Of a stretch of DNA of 64,000 bases, positions 1 to 11,891 are shown piece after piece. Below the pieces are notes generated by a model, which saw nothing but the letters and a program-made list of their open reading frames with translations, did not search any database and was not told the origin of the DNA. The position numbers and the translations under genes were made by a program. Origin of the DNA: Escherichia coli (lineage in GTDB: Bacteria; Pseudomonadota; Gammaproteobacteria; Enterobacterales; Enterobacteriaceae). Numbering within the stretch: the first letter of the stretch is position 1; each line of letters opens with the position of its first letter. The stretch is from NCBI RefSeq assembly GCF_024502345.1, contig NZ_JALDNN010000001.1. One strand, written 5' to 3'.

Positions 1-456
1 GTCGTCCGGTATGCTTTTATTGAACATCGCGCCGAAGTTTTTGATTTTGCCAGTGTTGAAGGTAATGAAGAGAACAACGTCTGGCTATGCGATTGCGCTA
101 AAGTCTACGGTCACGCGCAGGTGAAAGCTGGCATAGAAGAAGATGCCATTCCGACGATTCATTACAGTTCGCAGGTGGCGGAATATGCCATTGTGGAAGG
201 TAATTGTGTGTTAAAACATCATGTCTTGATTGGCGGAAATGCCGTGGTACGTGGTGGACCGATTCTGCTCGACGAGCACGTTGTAATACAAGGTGAGAGC
301 CGTATTTCAGGTGCGGTGATAATTGAAAACCATGTGGAGTTAACCGACCACGCCGTCGTTGAAGCCTTTGATGGCGACACGGTTCATGTCCGTGGTCCAA
401 AAGTCATTAACGGCGAGGAGCGCATTACGCGAACGCCGCTGGCAGGGTTATTATGA
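1..456 (+). CDS. ydcK: Hexapeptide-repeat (LpxA-like) protein YdcK, C-terminal part; 5' end lies outside the window
   Basis: Frame is open from base 1 to the stop at 456; the translation has the left-handed beta-helix hexapeptide pattern; position next to rimL matches K-12 order. Confidence 0.6.
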   Translation, partial: VVRYAFIEHRAEVFDFASVEGNEENNVWLCDCAKVYGHAQVKAGIEEDAIPTIHYSSQVAEYAIVEGNCVLKHHVLIGGNAVVRGGPILLDEHVVIQGESRISGAVIIENHVELTDHAVVEAFDGDTVHVRGPKVINGEERITRTPLAGLL

Positions 457-987
457 ATCGATAATACGCGCGTATAAGTTCACATCATCATAGGCATCAT
501 TCAGGAACTCAGCCTGTTTCAGGCAACCTTCAAGGATAAAACCATTGCGCAAAGCGACCTGGTTGCTTTGCGGATTGTCCACCCGACATTTGATCACGAA
601 GCGTCTAAGTTCACCAGACTGAGCGTAATGATGAATCAATGCCTGCAGCGCCTGAGAAATGATCCCCTGCCCCTGATGAGATTCGTCCAGCCAGTAGCCG
701 ATTTCAGCAGTTTTATTCAGTGGTTCAATACGATTAAACGAGATAACGCCGATAAGTTCATCTTCTTTGAAAATCATGAACATTTTGGCATAGCCGCGTT
801 GATGCAACATCACATTACCCTGCACCGTTTTTCGCGTGTCCTCTTCACTCTGAACGAACTGCGGCCAGTTTAGCGACTGCTGTAACCAGGTTTTATTTTT
901 ACAGATTAACTGATAAAGAGGTGTGACGTGACTTTCCGCAACAGCATGTAATTCAAGTGATTCGCTTACTTTTATCGTTTCAGTCAT
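451..987 (-). CDS. rimL: Ribosomal-protein L7/L12 serine N-acetyltransferase
   Basis: Translation [18 protein letters not shown]... matches remembered RimL; GNAT acetyltransferase; start taken at the internal Met of the longer ORF. Confidence 0.8.
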   Translation of the reverse strand: MTETIKVSESLELHAVAESHVTPLYQLICKNKTWLQQSLNWPQFVQSEEDTRKTVQGNVMLHQRGYAKMFMIFKEDELIGVISFNRIEPLNKTAEIGYWLDESHQGQGIISQALQALIHHYAQSGELRRFVIKCRVDNPQSNQVALRNGFILEGCLKQAEFLNDAYDDVNLYARIIDS

Positions 988-1049
988 CTTATCTCCAGTC
1001 AATCCATGCTGTTGTTAAAAAAGCCGCCTGGCTGGCGGCTTAGGAAAGT

Positions 1050-1274
1050 TTACACCTCTTTGACGCTCTCCTGCTGCAGGATTTTGAGCATCTCATCTTT
1101 TAACTGTAGCTTTTGTTTTTTCATGCGGACCACTTCCGCATTGTACCCTCGACCGTCGGAACCTTCCTTTCTGGCAATTTCATGATCAAGTTTATTGTGT
1201 TTATCGAACAAGGACATAAAGCGAGGATTTTCGTTTTTCAGACGGGATATTAAATCTCGGTATTCTGGAAACAT
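1050..1274 (-). CDS. ydcH: Small DUF465 protein YdcH
   Basis: 74-aa product MFPEYRDLISRLKNENPRF... from the Met two codons inside the listed ORF. Confidence 0.75.
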   Translation of the reverse strand: MFPEYRDLISRLKNENPRFMSLFDKHNKLDHEIARKEGSDGRGYNAEVVRMKKQKLQLKDEMLKILQQESVKEV

Positions 1275-1413
1275 ACGCACTCCCTGTTAGTGGCTGACAA
1301 GGTGTATCTGAAATACACACCATCAGATTACTCATTTAACTTAGGGAAAAATGCGAGCGGGATCGTGTTTAACCAGACGGCACCTCCCGAAGAAGGTGCC
1401 GAAGAAAAAACGA

Positions 1414-3069
1414 TTAACTCATCACGCGGTCGTCAACATACTGACGTTTATCCGGCGCTGGCGGAAAATACTGATACAGCCATGTTTCACTGATAGCGTC
1501 CCCCTGACAACGTAGATACATCCGCATATCGACCGGATCAGTGGAGTCCGAAGTCGGATACCAGTCAAACTGAATACGATAACCATCGATGGGTTCAATA
1601 TAGAGAATTTCGATTTGCTTCGCTTCCCCACTGGAAAGCGTAATCACCGGCTCAATGCCTTTTGGCGCGGCAGCTTTCAGATCACCACCAACGAAATCGA
1701 CGGCAAAACGACGCGCCCATTTTTCGGGATAGTGTTCACCTGGCGCCCAACCTTCCGGGAAACCGCCCATGCCGGTACGCGTCGCCATAACGCGCGCTAA
1801 TGGGCAATGAACAGGCGGTTGCGCACTCCAGTACAGACGATACTGGAATGCAAACTCATCACCTGCTTTTACAGCTTTTTCTGGCTGCCAGAAGCAGACA
1901 ATGTTATCCAGCGTTTCGCCCGTTGTTGGGATTTCCATCAGGCCGATGGTGCCCTTACCCCACTTGTTACGCGGTTCCACCCACAGACTTGGGCGTTTGT
2001 TATACCAGCCCATAATGTCCTGATAATGGGAGAAGTCACGATCCAGTTGCAATAAACCAAACCCTTTCGGGTTGTTGTCGGTGTAAGCATTGAACTGCAA
2101 TTTTTGCGGATTATTCAGCGGACGGCAAATCCACTCGCCGTTGCCCCGCCACATGGACAGACGATCAGAGTCATGAATTTGCGGATGAATTGTATCGCAC
2201 ATCCGACGTTCATTAGTACCGCAGCTGAACATACTGGTCATCGGCGCAATGCCCAGCTGTTTAATGTCTTTGCGCGCATACAGGTGATTTTCCACATCCA
2301 TAATCACCTGACTTTTCTCACAATGGATAGTGAACTTATAGGCACCAGTAATGCTGGCGCTATCGAGCAACGCATAAACGGTAAAGGTAGTTGCCCCCGG
2401 TTTTACCGTATCAAACCAGAAGGCGGTAAAGTCGGGGAACTCTTCTTTACTGTCGGTGTAAGTGTCGATCGCCAGGCCGCGGGCCGACAAACCGTATTGA
2501 TATGTATCATCAACGGCGCGGAAATAACTCGCGCCGAGAAATGATACTACATCACGGCGCGCCAGTTCGGGGGCTTTAAACACGCGAAAACCGGCAAAGC
2601 CGAGATCGCTTTGCCCTTCTAATTGTTTTGTATCAACACCCGCATCGTTGTATTTGAACAACTCCGGGCGAAAGTGAATTTCACGCGCCAGATGTGTTGC
2701 TGGATCTACAGAAAACATACGAACGCGGCGACGGAATCCCATTCCCATATGGAAGAACTGAGCGTCCAGTTGACGGTTCTCAACGTTATGCCAGAGCGAT
2801 TTTTCGGCGTCGTATTGAATACTGTTATAAGCCTGCGGCGTCATTGTCGCCAGCGTGTCAGGTAACGGACGAGGCGCACCACGCCACGCTGTTTGCGCTA
2901 AGTCGTGCGCCATTGACTGTAGAATGGAGAAGTCAAAACGCTGGGTTTGCCCGTCGGCAATATCAGAATCTGCCGCGAATGCCGCCTGAGAAAAAAGAGA
3001 AGCAATGCCGCTGGTACCGCACACGGCGGCCATAGCCATTGAACCTTTAATAAATCGTCTACGATCCAT
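1414..3069 (-). CDS. opgD: Osmoregulated periplasmic glucan biosynthesis protein D, Tat-exported
   Basis: 551 aa; N-terminal twin-arginine signal [18 protein letters not shown]...AFA; MdoG/MdoD family. Confidence 0.9.
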   Translation of the reverse strand: MDRRRFIKGSMAMAAVCGTSGIASLFSQAAFAADSDIADGQTQRFDFSILQSMAHDLAQTAWRGAPRPLPDTLATMTPQAYNSIQYDAEKSLWHNVENRQLDAQFFHMGMGFRRRVRMFSVDPATHLAREIHFRPELFKYNDAGVDTKQLEGQSDLGFAGFRVFKAPELARRDVVSFLGASYFRAVDDTYQYGLSARGLAIDTYTDSKEEFPDFTAFWFDTVKPGATTFTVYALLDSASITGAYKFTIHCEKSQVIMDVENHLYARKDIKQLGIAPMTSMFSCGTNERRMCDTIHPQIHDSDRLSMWRGNGEWICRPLNNPQKLQFNAYTDNNPKGFGLLQLDRDFSHYQDIMGWYNKRPSLWVEPRNKWGKGTIGLMEIPTTGETLDNIVCFWQPEKAVKAGDEFAFQYRLYWSAQPPVHCPLARVMATRTGMGGFPEGWAPGEHYPEKWARRFAVDFVGGDLKAAAPKGIEPVITLSSGEAKQIEILYIEPIDGYRIQFDWYPTSDSTDPVDMRMYLRCQGDAISETWLYQYFPPAPDKRQYVDDRVMS

Positions 3070-3293
3070 ACCTGAAAGTGAGTCCTTCTGGTGTTGTGAA
3101 TGGTCCCGCGCTGGTCGTTTTCAGCGGCAAGAAAGTGCTTATTTATGACCGCTCACTCTAGACAATATTTATTAATAATCCAATTGTTGAACTGAGAGAA
3201 TATGCATAAATCGGCATTTTTTTTATGTCGATGGGATGAGCCTGATTCGTTTGTAAAATCAGGCAAATTTTTGCAAAGGCGGATGGTCAGAAT

Positions 3294-4637
3294 TTAAAGC
3301 AAACCACAGCGACGTTTACTGCGTTCTTCCGCTTCCTGGTAAAGCTGGAACTCATCCAAAACCGGACAACCCAACGCCTGCTCAAATGCTTCGCGACTGG
3401 CATTACCGTGACTGCGTGTCTGCGTTTCATTACCCAGATTTGACTGGAAGATCCCCGCCGCGCTAACGGGCAAGAAATCTTCATAGGTGATGGGTTGCGC
3501 CACTACCCAACCACGTTCAATTAAGGGCTGTGGATCGTCTCCAGGATGAATCGCCTGACGATGCGCCTCACCCGAAGGCGTCAGACGGTACCGGAACCAT
3601 GCCAACCCTTGCTGACGCATTAAAAACTCACTGTCAGGAAAAGTGCGGAAGGTTTCCTGTAAATGCATTTGGTGAGTGAGATTATCCTGCCCGGTTCCAG
3701 CGTTACGCAGAAGATCATCATACAGTTGTCGCCCTTTCGGCGTTAATGCCACGCCACGCTGCTCAATTTCACCAAAGCGCGCGGTATGCGTGCCCTGTTT
3801 CTGCCCCGCAAACAACACCGTCTCTTCCAGTGCTTTAAAGCTGGTCTGGCGTAGTAAAATCGGTACCTCGCGGCGCGGCGGCCCCTCGATGAGAATTTTG
3901 GGTTCAATTCCGCATTCAGGCATCATCGACTGCACCCGGTCAATATCCAGCGTACGTGGCGTCAGGTGGTTGATATGGCATCCAGGAAAACAGACCACAT
4001 CAGCAATCAACCGATGTTCGTTGTGCAAGGCGCGATAGGTTTCTTCATCTACCGTTGCTGACTGGTGCCAGCGAAACGTTTCCAGGGCTTCCTGCACAAA
4101 CTCCTGTGCCTGTGTTTCGTTAAAACCGCCCTGCTGCTCATATTCCTCTAACAGTTGTCGACAACGTGGGGTGAAGATATCGCGCTGACGCAGAATCTCC
4201 GCCGCTTTCTGGCGCAAAATTTCGTTCTCGATAAGCTCAAGGCGGAGTAAGGAGGTAAAAACGCGGAAGGGATTACGCGCCAGAGAAGCATCATCAATGG
4301 GCCGAAATGCTGTCGAATGTACCGGCACCCCTGCCTGCGAGAGATCGTAATAGCTCACCGGGTACATCCCCATAATGGCAAACATCCGCCGAAGAGTAGC
4401 AAGCTCTTGTGCAGTCCCAACGCGAATCGCCCCATGACGTTCAACATTCAGTCGCGCCAGCTCGTCTGCATTTACCATTTTTTCGTGCAGTTGAGGATTG
4501 TTTTCCAGCACAGCCAGATTCACATCAGCTACCAGTTCCAGCAGCGTGCCATATTGCGGAACTTCTTGCTGGTACATGGCTGACATTGCCTGCGAAAACT
4601 GTTCCCGAATCTCATCCGCCGTGATGCTGTTCGCCAT
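3294..4637 (-). CDS. ydcJ: DUF1338 family protein YdcJ
   Basis: 447-aa ORF whose length and position match K-12 ydcJ. Confidence 0.8.
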   Translation of the reverse strand: MANSITADEIREQFSQAMSAMYQQEVPQYGTLLELVADVNLAVLENNPQLHEKMVNADELARLNVERHGAIRVGTAQELATLRRMFAIMGMYPVSYYDLSQAGVPVHSTAFRPIDDASLARNPFRVFTSLLRLELIENEILRQKAAEILRQRDIFTPRCRQLLEEYEQQGGFNETQAQEFVQEALETFRWHQSATVDEETYRALHNEHRLIADVVCFPGCHINHLTPRTLDIDRVQSMMPECGIEPKILIEGPPRREVPILLRQTSFKALEETVLFAGQKQGTHTARFGEIEQRGVALTPKGRQLYDDLLRNAGTGQDNLTHQMHLQETFRTFPDSEFLMRQQGLAWFRYRLTPSGEAHRQAIHPGDDPQPLIERGWVVAQPITYEDFLPVSAAGIFQSNLGNETQTRSHGNASREAFEQALGCPVLDEFQLYQEAEERSKRRCGLL

Positions 4638-4853
4638 AGTGTCTGCCTCCAGTGGTCAGTAATCTGGAGTGTAGGTAACCGCATTCACTCTGGCGGGAAG
4701 AATTTACAAACTGTGATCTCGCCGCGAAAACATCAATATTATCCATTTTGATGTAACATAATTGCTTTAATTGTTAATAATATTTTGCAATCAAGTTATC
4801 ATAATCAAACAACTTCACTTGTCAGCGACACCGCTTCGTTTTTAACATCGCTT

Positions 4854-5777
4854 ATGGAAAAAAATAGTCTGTTTAGTCAGCGCATCCGTTTGCGCCACCT
4901 TCATACATTCGTAGCTGTCGCACAACAAGGAACTTTGGGGCGCGCGGCTGAAACCCTTAATTTGAGTCAACCTGCGCTCTCTAAGACATTGAATGAACTG
5001 GAGCAACTGACGGGCGCTCGCTTGTTTGAGCGTGGTCGTCAGGGGGCGCAACTTACCTTACCCGGCGAACAATTTTTAACGCATGCAGTCAGAGTTCTTG
5101 ACGCCATCAACACTGCTGGACAGTCGCTTAATCGTAAAGAAGGTCCTAATAATGATGTCGTCAGGGTTGGTGCACTACCTACTGCGGCACTGGGGATATT
5201 ACCTTCGGTTATAGGTCAGTTTCATCAGCAACAAAAAGAGACGACCTTGCAAGTTGCGACAATGAGTAACCCTATGATTCTGGCGGGTTTGAAAACCGGG
5301 GAAATCGATATCGGCATTGGTCGGATGTCAGATCCTGAACTGATGACCGGGCTTAATTACGAACTGCTGTTTCTTGAATCGCTGAAGCTGGTTGTCCGCC
5401 CTAATCACCCGCTACTTCAGGAGAACGTAACGCTAAGCCGGGTGCTGGAATGGCCGGTCGTTGTATCACCAGAAGGCACTGCGCCACGCCAGCATTCAGA
5501 TGCATTAGTGCAGAGCCAGGGCTGTAAAATTCCTTCGGGTTGTATCGAAACGCTATCTGCTTCGCTATCCCGTCAACTTACGGTTGAATACGATTACGTG
5601 TGGTTTGTCCCTTCTGGCGCTGTAAAAGACGACCTGCGTCATGCCACGCTGGTGGCCCTGCCTGTTCCGGGACATGGTGCAGGCGAACCGATTGGAATAC
5701 TAACCCGCGTAGATGCGACGTTCTCTTCTGGTTGCCAGTTGATGATTAACGCTATTCGAAAATCAATGCCGTTCTGA
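4854..5777 (+). CDS. ydcI: LysR-family transcriptional regulator YdcI
   Basis: 307 aa from the internal Met (MEKNSLFSQRIRLRHLHTFVAVAQQGTLGRAAE), N-terminal HTH; divergent from ydcJ. Confidence 0.8.
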   Translation: MEKNSLFSQRIRLRHLHTFVAVAQQGTLGRAAETLNLSQPALSKTLNELEQLTGARLFERGRQGAQLTLPGEQFLTHAVRVLDAINTAGQSLNRKEGPNNDVVRVGALPTAALGILPSVIGQFHQQQKETTLQVATMSNPMILAGLKTGEIDIGIGRMSDPELMTGLNYELLFLESLKLVVRPNHPLLQENVTLSRVLEWPVVVSPEGTAPRQHSDALVQSQGCKIPSGCIETLSASLSRQLTVEYDYVWFVPSGAVKDDLRHATLVALPVPGHGAGEPIGILTRVDATFSSGCQLMINAIRKSMPF

Positions 5778-5814
5778 AAGGTGAAGGGATCTGTCGATCC
5801 CTCCTTTAACATTT

Positions 5815-7455
5815 TCACACCGTAGCGAAACTAACTTGTTCACCCGCTCCGCGAGGTTCTGCCGACACAGAATGTTTGTTCAGACGGAATACGTCCACCG
5901 CCTCAGTTAATCGTGCCGCCTGTTCTTCAAGGGACACCGCCGCTGCTGAGGCCTCTTCTACCAGAGAAGCATTCTGTTGCGTCACCTTATCCATTTCAGA
6001 AATCGCCTGGCTAACCTGAGTTATGCCTCTACTTTGTTCATCCGAGGCGGCGGCGATTTCCTGCATGATATGTGTGACACTCGCGACGGCATCAACAATA
6101 GTGCTCATGGTTTTCCCTGCCGTTGCCACCTCATCCGACCCCAGGTCAATTAACCTGACTGATTCACTGATCAAGCCTTCAATCTCTTTCGCCGCCTGAG
6201 CGCTGCGGCTTGCGAGTGTCCGTACTTCGCTGGCGACAACGGCAAATCCACGCCCTTGCTCACCCGCTCGCGCGGCTTCAACGGCAGCATTCAGTGCCAG
6301 AATATTCGTCTGGAAAGCAATACTGTTGATGACGGCGGTGATCTCAGAAATTTTCTTCGAACTCATAGAGATAGCACCCATCGTTTTTACTACCCCGGAA
6401 ACCGTCTGCCCGCCATCGCTGGCTTTAATAGAAGCCTCTTGCGCCAGTTTGCTGGCATGATGCGCGTTATCCGCATTCGGTTTCACCGTCGCAGTGAGTT
6501 GCTCCATGCTGGCGGCAGTTTGTTCGATAGCCGCCGCTTGTTCTTCGGTGCGAGATGAAAGGTCCGCATTGCCAGCGGAAATTTCGCTGGTGCCACGATA
6601 AATCTCTTCCGCACCCTGTCGAACAGTCCCTACGGTCATCCCCAGTGAATGCTGCATTTGCTGTAAATGACGACTTAAGCGACCGATTTCATTACGACCC
6701 GCCGGTTCATCCTTCATCGTCAGATCGCCACTAGCGATTTTTTCAATCCGTTGTGCGGCATGTTGCAGTGGACGAATGACGATCCGACGTAGCACCATAA
6801 ATGTTATCAGCGTCATGACCAGGGCAAGCACAAACGCGCCAATCATGAACATCCCACCCAGGCGGGTGCGCTGATGGGCCAGTTCCGCCAGTTGGTTGGC
6901 TCTGGTGCTACGTATCTTAACGGCTTTGTTCAAAATATCGGTATAAGCATTATCCAGCGGTCGGATCTGCTCACTTTCATGATTGATAATCGCTTCAAAC
7001 ATGCCATTTTTGGCATATTTCAACATAGGTTGCATACCCGTGATATAAGCCTGAAAGCGTTGATTTAATTCAGTGTCGAGGGCTTCATCAGCAGGTGTTT
7101 TCACCGGCCGATTCTGATAAGCACGATACCCTTGCTGCGACTGTTTAATCTCCGATTCGGCTTGCGCAATATTTCGCTTCATTGCTTCCATTTCCGCAAT
7201 ACGACTCGCAGCCCCGGCCTGAATCATATTGATCCGGGCTGAACGCAAAAAATCTGAACTGTTCGCCAACCCGGTCCGAATCTCAATCTCCGCAGTAACA
7301 TCACGCTGATCGCGATCGGCCTGCCAGAGGAAATAGCCAGCCAGAGCAGAACTTAATGCGAATAGAACTAAGATACCGCCAAGAATGCAGGCAAATAACG
7401 GAACCAGCCTGATGTGATGCAAAAAACCTAATCGCTGTGAGGGAGTTGTATTCAT
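5815..7455 (-). CDS. trg: Methyl-accepting chemotaxis protein III (ribose/galactose sensor)
   Basis: 546 aa; two transmembrane segments, HAMP and the highly conserved MCP signalling domain. Confidence 0.9.
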   Translation of the reverse strand: MNTTPSQRLGFLHHIRLVPLFACILGGILVLFALSSALAGYFLWQADRDQRDVTAEIEIRTGLANSSDFLRSARINMIQAGAASRIAEMEAMKRNIAQAESEIKQSQQGYRAYQNRPVKTPADEALDTELNQRFQAYITGMQPMLKYAKNGMFEAIINHESEQIRPLDNAYTDILNKAVKIRSTRANQLAELAHQRTRLGGMFMIGAFVLALVMTLITFMVLRRIVIRPLQHAAQRIEKIASGDLTMKDEPAGRNEIGRLSRHLQQMQHSLGMTVGTVRQGAEEIYRGTSEISAGNADLSSRTEEQAAAIEQTAASMEQLTATVKPNADNAHHASKLAQEASIKASDGGQTVSGVVKTMGAISMSSKKISEITAVINSIAFQTNILALNAAVEAARAGEQGRGFAVVASEVRTLASRSAQAAKEIEGLISESVRLIDLGSDEVATAGKTMSTIVDAVASVTHIMQEIAAASDEQSRGITQVSQAISEMDKVTQQNASLVEEASAAAVSLEEQAARLTEAVDVFRLNKHSVSAEPRGAGEQVSFATV

Positions 7456-7495
7456 TACCGTTGTCTCTCGTCCAGGTTTACTCCTGATAGAAAGT

Positions 7496-7521
7496 CATCG
7501 GCACTTGACGGTAATTACTTA
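7496..7521 (-). promoter_or_regulatory. Candidate sigma-28 (FliA) promoter for trg
   Basis: On the minus strand TAAGTAAT-N11-GCCGATGA against the consensus TAAAGTTT-N11-GCCGATAA, about 40 bp upstream of the trg start codon. Confidence 0.45.
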
Positions 7522-7795
7522 TGACCAAAAACCTCTTTGCGTCACATTTTTACAACAATTATTGCAGAGAAAATTAATGCTATTGGAATGAAGAGAGTAA
7601 CGAATGGCTAAACTGGCTAACCCGAATGACGAAAAATTCTGGAAAACAGCACGCAATTTCGTGAAGTGATTATTTTCGTCCCTAAGGAAACCTCATAGGA
7701 TGCCTGCGGGTGCCTGAGACTTTCTGTTTTCAGGCTAACCGGGAATCAGAAAGACGAAGGCCCCGACCGATATTTCTATCAACCGAGGCCAACGA

Positions 7796-8003
<208 letters not shown>

Positions 8004-8074
8004 GGGCAAGCGCGGGGATTTTCCCCGCGCATCTGACTAGCAGATTCATTTTCTCATGGCACCCCTTTTACACT

Positions 8075-8248
8075 TCAGTTAGTGCATGTTTTTTTCGATG
8101 CACTAATAGAACCATCATTACAGACAAATTTGCCGCCTGCCGTACAGTGTGAGATCCCCCCTTTCGAACCAGAACAGGGTTTGCGCCCGGCATCGGCATA
8201 AAAGGAAACAAGCGTTCCCATAAACAAAATAAGTGCCAGTTTTTTCAT
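8075..8248 (-). CDS. ydcA: Small secreted protein YdcA
   Basis: 57-aa product MKKLALILFMGTLVSFYADAGRKPCSGSKGG... with a signal peptide; below the ORF-track length cutoff. Confidence 0.7.
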   Translation of the reverse strand: MKKLALILFMGTLVSFYADAGRKPCSGSKGGISHCTAGGKFVCNDGSISASKKTCTN

Positions 8249-8418
8249 ATAACCTCCATGGTTTATCGAATCTTATGTTCGATTTGAACGTTATACGCTG
8301 GTTTATTTTGATACCGTTGATGAGATCAAAGATCGGGTGAATTGATTAAAAATAAGCCAGATGGACGTATGGGCAAGGATTATGGTTTTATTTGTCATAC
8401 AAATAAATATAATAGGCG

Positions 8419-8483
8419 CTTCCGATGTAGACCCGTATTCTTCGCCTGTACCACGGGTCGGTTTTAGTACAGGCGTTTTCTTT
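8419..8483 (+). ncRNA. rydC: RydC small RNA (Hfq-dependent pseudoknot sRNA)
   Basis: DNA CTTCCGATGTAGACCCGTATTCTTCGCCTGTACCACGGGTCGGTTTTAGTACAGGCGTTTTCTTT matches the remembered RydC sequence and ends in a T-run, next to cybB. Confidence 0.7.
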
Positions 8484-8492
8484 AAATATTCT

Positions 8493-9023
8493 TCAGGAAC
8501 GTTTACGCGGCATCATGCGTAGAAGTGTGTTGTCCTTCCAGAAATAGTGGTGTGCCAGTGCAGCCGCAGCGTGCAAACCGATGACAAAATATCCCAGATT
8601 CGCCAGCGTTTCATGCCACGACTTTAAGCTATCTACCCGTTCGAAATTGGCCTCTGAAGCGTAAGGCATCGTCAAACCAAACGCAAACCACGGGTTGCCC
8701 CGGTTATACATCATCACCAAACCAATCACTGGCAGCGCAATAAACAGGAGATAAATCACCAAATGTCCCAAATGCGCCAGTCCCGTCATCATCGGTTTCG
8801 GCTTAGGTATAATCGGCGGGGTTGGGTATTTCAGTCTTAACAAAAGACGAACCACCATCAGCACGAGAATTGAGATGCCACAGGAAACATGAATCATGTT
8901 GATGAGCGGCCGTTCGCTACGTGGGAAGAAACCACGAAACTCCATTGCGCAATACGCTGCGATAACCAGCAAAAAGACCAGCCAGTGAATGCCGATTTGT
9001 AACCTTGAGTATTTATTTTCCAT
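8493..9023 (-). CDS. cybB: Cytochrome b561
   Basis: 176 aa from the internal Met MENKYSRLQIGIHWLVFLL...; multi-pass membrane protein. Confidence 0.85.
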   Translation of the reverse strand: MENKYSRLQIGIHWLVFLLVIAAYCAMEFRGFFPRSERPLINMIHVSCGISILVLMVVRLLLRLKYPTPPIIPKPKPMMTGLAHLGHLVIYLLFIALPVIGLVMMYNRGNPWFAFGLTMPYASEANFERVDSLKSWHETLANLGYFVIGLHAAAALAHHYFWKDNTLLRMMPRKRS

Positions 9024-9211
9024 AACATTTCCTGCTTCAACATAATTTTCCGTTAACATAACGGGCTTTTCTCAAAATTTCATTAAATATTGTTCACCCG
9101 TTTTCAGTACGTTACGTTTCACTGTAAGAATGGAGATTGCCCATCCCACAATCCTGGTCTAAGCCTGGAAAGGATCAATTTTCATCCGAACGTTCCTGAC
9201 AGGAGAAAACC

Positions 9212-10213
9212 ATGAGTAAAGTTGGTATTAACGGTTTTGGTCGTATCGGTCGACTGGTGTTGCGTCGATTACTTGAAGTCAAAAGCAACATAGACGTTGT
9301 CGCTATTAATGATCTCACTTCTCCAAAAATTCTCGCCTACCTGCTCAAACATGATTCAAACTACGGACCGTTCCCCTGGAGCGTTGATTTTACGGAAGAT
9401 TCACTTATCGTTGATGGGAAAAGTATCGCGATTTACGCCGAAAAAGAGGCTAAAAATATTCCGTGGAAAGCGAAAGGGGCAGAAATCATTGTCGAATGTA
9501 CTGGCTTTTATACCTCCGCCGATAAATCGCAGGCGCATCTTGATGCTGGTGCGAAGAAGGTGTTGATTTCCGCTCCTGCCGGTGAAATGAAAACTATCGT
9601 TTATAACGTCAATGACGACACTCTGGATGGCAACGACACCATTGTTTCCGTGGCGTCATGCACCACTAACTGTCTTGCGCCGATGGCCAAAGCCTTGCAT
9701 GACAGTTTCGGGATAGAAGTCGGCACGATGACGACCATTCATGCCTATACTGGCACCCAGTCACTGGTGGATGGCCCACGTGGTAAAGATTTACGTGCTT
9801 CACGCGCAGCGGCAGAAAATATCATTCCCCACACTACGGGGGCGGCAAAAGCCATTGGTCTGGTGATCCCGGAACTGAGCGGCAAACTGAAAGGTCATGC
9901 GCAACGCGTGCCGGTGAAAACAGGTTCGGTCACTGAACTGGTATCGATTCTCGGAAAAAAAGTGACTGCCGAAGAGGTGAATAACGCACTTAAACAAGCA
10001 ACCACCAATAACGAGTCATTTGGTTATACCGATGAAGAAATAGTCTCTTCCGATATCATTGGCAGCCATTTCGGTTCAGTGTTTGATGCCACGCAAACGG
10101 AAATTACCGCCGTGGGCGATTTACAACTGGTGAAAACGGTCGCCTGGTACGATAACGAATATGGCTTCGTCACGCAGCTTATTCGCACCCTCGAAAAATT
10201 CGCTAAACTCTGA
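9212..10213 (+). CDS. gapC: Glyceraldehyde-3-phosphate dehydrogenase C, intact 333-aa reading frame
   Basis: Full-length GAPDH with NAD-binding [10 protein letters not shown] and the catalytic SCTTNCLAP motif; uninterrupted. Confidence 0.9.
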   Translation: MSKVGINGFGRIGRLVLRRLLEVKSNIDVVAINDLTSPKILAYLLKHDSNYGPFPWSVDFTEDSLIVDGKSIAIYAEKEAKNIPWKAKGAEIIVECTGFYTSADKSQAHLDAGAKKVLISAPAGEMKTIVYNVNDDTLDGNDTIVSVASCTTNCLAPMAKALHDSFGIEVGTMTTIHAYTGTQSLVDGPRGKDLRASRAAAENIIPHTTGAAKAIGLVIPELSGKLKGHAQRVPVKTGSVTELVSILGKKVTAEEVNNALKQATTNNESFGYTDEEIVSSDIIGSHFGSVFDATQTEITAVGDLQLVKTVAWYDNEYGFVTQLIRTLEKFAKL

Positions 10214-10221
10214 CGCGCACA

Positions 10222-10250
10222 GGCGGAGGGAAAAAACCTCCGCCTCTTTC
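10222..10250. terminator. Bidirectional hairpin between convergent gapC and aldA
   Basis: GGCGGAGG-GAAAAAA-CCTCCGCC followed by TCTTTC. Confidence 0.5.
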
Positions 10251-10255
10251 ACTCA

Positions 10256-11695
10256 TTAAGACTGTAAATAAACCACCTGGGTCTGCAGATATTCATGCAG
10301 GCCATGTTTACCATCTGCGCCGCCAATACCGGATTTACGCCATCCGGCGTGGAAGCCTTGCATAGCTTCGAAGTTTTCACGGTTGATGTAAGTTTCACCA
10401 AACTTCAGCCCTTTAATGGCTTTCATCGCGACGTTCAGATTTTGGGTATAGATTGATGAGGTCAGGCCGTAATCACTGTCATTAGCCATTGAGATAGCAT
10501 CTTCCAGCGTGTCAAATGCGACTACCGGCAGAACCGGGCCAAAGGTTTCCTCATGCATAATCGACATTTCCTGGCGAACATCCAGCAGCAATGTCGGCGG
10601 ATAATAATATCCTTTCCCCTCTACCGCTTTGCCACCCAACGCCACTCTCGCCCCTTCTTCTACTGCGCGCGCCACTTTTTGCTCGACCCTTTCCAGCGCC
10701 GCGGCGTTAATCAACGGCCCCATCGCAATGTCGTTGCGTTCAGCGGGGTTACCAAATTGAACCGCCTGCATCGCTTCACCCAGCCGATTGACGAACTGAT
10801 CATAAATGCCTTTCTGTACATAAACACGTTCTGCACAGTTACACACTTGCCCACTATTAATGACGCGTGAATCAACGATGGCTTTGACTGCCAGTTCAAG
10901 ATCGGCATCGTCCATTACGATAGCTGGTGCTTTACCCCCCAATTCCAGACACACTTTGGTGATGTTTTTCGCCGCAGTCGCCATGATCTTCTCACCTGCA
11001 GAGACGCTGCCTGTCATACTGACCATTGTGACCTTTGGGTTACCCGCCAGTTCTTGCCCAACGGTTTCACCACGCCCCAGTACAAGGTTAAACACGCCGC
11101 GCGGAAGGCCTATTTCATCGACGATTTTGGCGAATGCAATCGCATTGTTTGGCGTAAATTCACTAGGTTTAATGACGATGGTATTACCGGTCAAAAGAGC
11201 GGGAGCCATTTTGCGGGCAATGAGGAAGAACGGGAAGTTCCACGGCAGAATGCCGGTAGTCACACCAAGCGCACGTTTAAACAAAAGAATATTTTCTCCT
11301 GGACGATCGCTTTGAATAATCTCGCCCTCGTAACGCCGTGCCCACTCCGCCATGTAATCGATATAGTCGGCAGTAAAAGCCACTTCGACTTCAGCCAGCT
11401 GCTGGATCTTGCCCCCTTCTTCAACAATCAGCGCACTGATTTCACTGGCGCGTTCGCGGATCCCGGCGGAGATTTTGCGCAACCAACTGGCGCGTTCAAT
11501 AGCAGGCAACGCTTCCCATTCTGGTTGTGCACGTTCTGCTGCATCGATTGCCTTACGGGCATCCTCGGCCTGACCATCGGGTATGCGGGAAATGACAGCC
11601 TCTGTAGCAGGGTTTACCACATCAATCCATGCGTCTCCACGCCAGGTAACAAACTGTCCATCGATATACATAGGATGTTGAACGGGTACTGACAT
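10256..11695 (-). CDS. aldA: Lactaldehyde dehydrogenase (NAD-dependent aldehyde dehydrogenase A)
   Basis: 479 aa, MSVPVQHPMYIDGQFVTWRGDAWIDVVNPATE..., aldehyde dehydrogenase family. Confidence 0.9.
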   Translation of the reverse strand: MSVPVQHPMYIDGQFVTWRGDAWIDVVNPATEAVISRIPDGQAEDARKAIDAAERAQPEWEALPAIERASWLRKISAGIRERASEISALIVEEGGKIQQLAEVEVAFTADYIDYMAEWARRYEGEIIQSDRPGENILLFKRALGVTTGILPWNFPFFLIARKMAPALLTGNTIVIKPSEFTPNNAIAFAKIVDEIGLPRGVFNLVLGRGETVGQELAGNPKVTMVSMTGSVSAGEKIMATAAKNITKVCLELGGKAPAIVMDDADLELAVKAIVDSRVINSGQVCNCAERVYVQKGIYDQFVNRLGEAMQAVQFGNPAERNDIAMGPLINAAALERVEQKVARAVEEGARVALGGKAVEGKGYYYPPTLLLDVRQEMSIMHEETFGPVLPVVAFDTLEDAISMANDSDYGLTSSIYTQNLNVAMKAIKGLKFGETYINRENFEAMQGFHAGWRKSGIGGADGKHGLHEYLQTQVVYLQS

Positions 11696-11891
11696 GGGCG
11701 ACTCCTGTGATTTATATGTTTGTTTTCGGTGAATGCATTGTTAATTAACATCAATCATCAGAGAGACGGCATCGGGAAAGGACAATTCTGTGAAGGGCTT
11801 CATAAAAACAAGTGTAAAAGGAATAAAAGGCAGAAATAAAAGTCAGGAGTCATGCCCGTTTGCAAACAAGTGGTTCACAAACGGGCAATTT

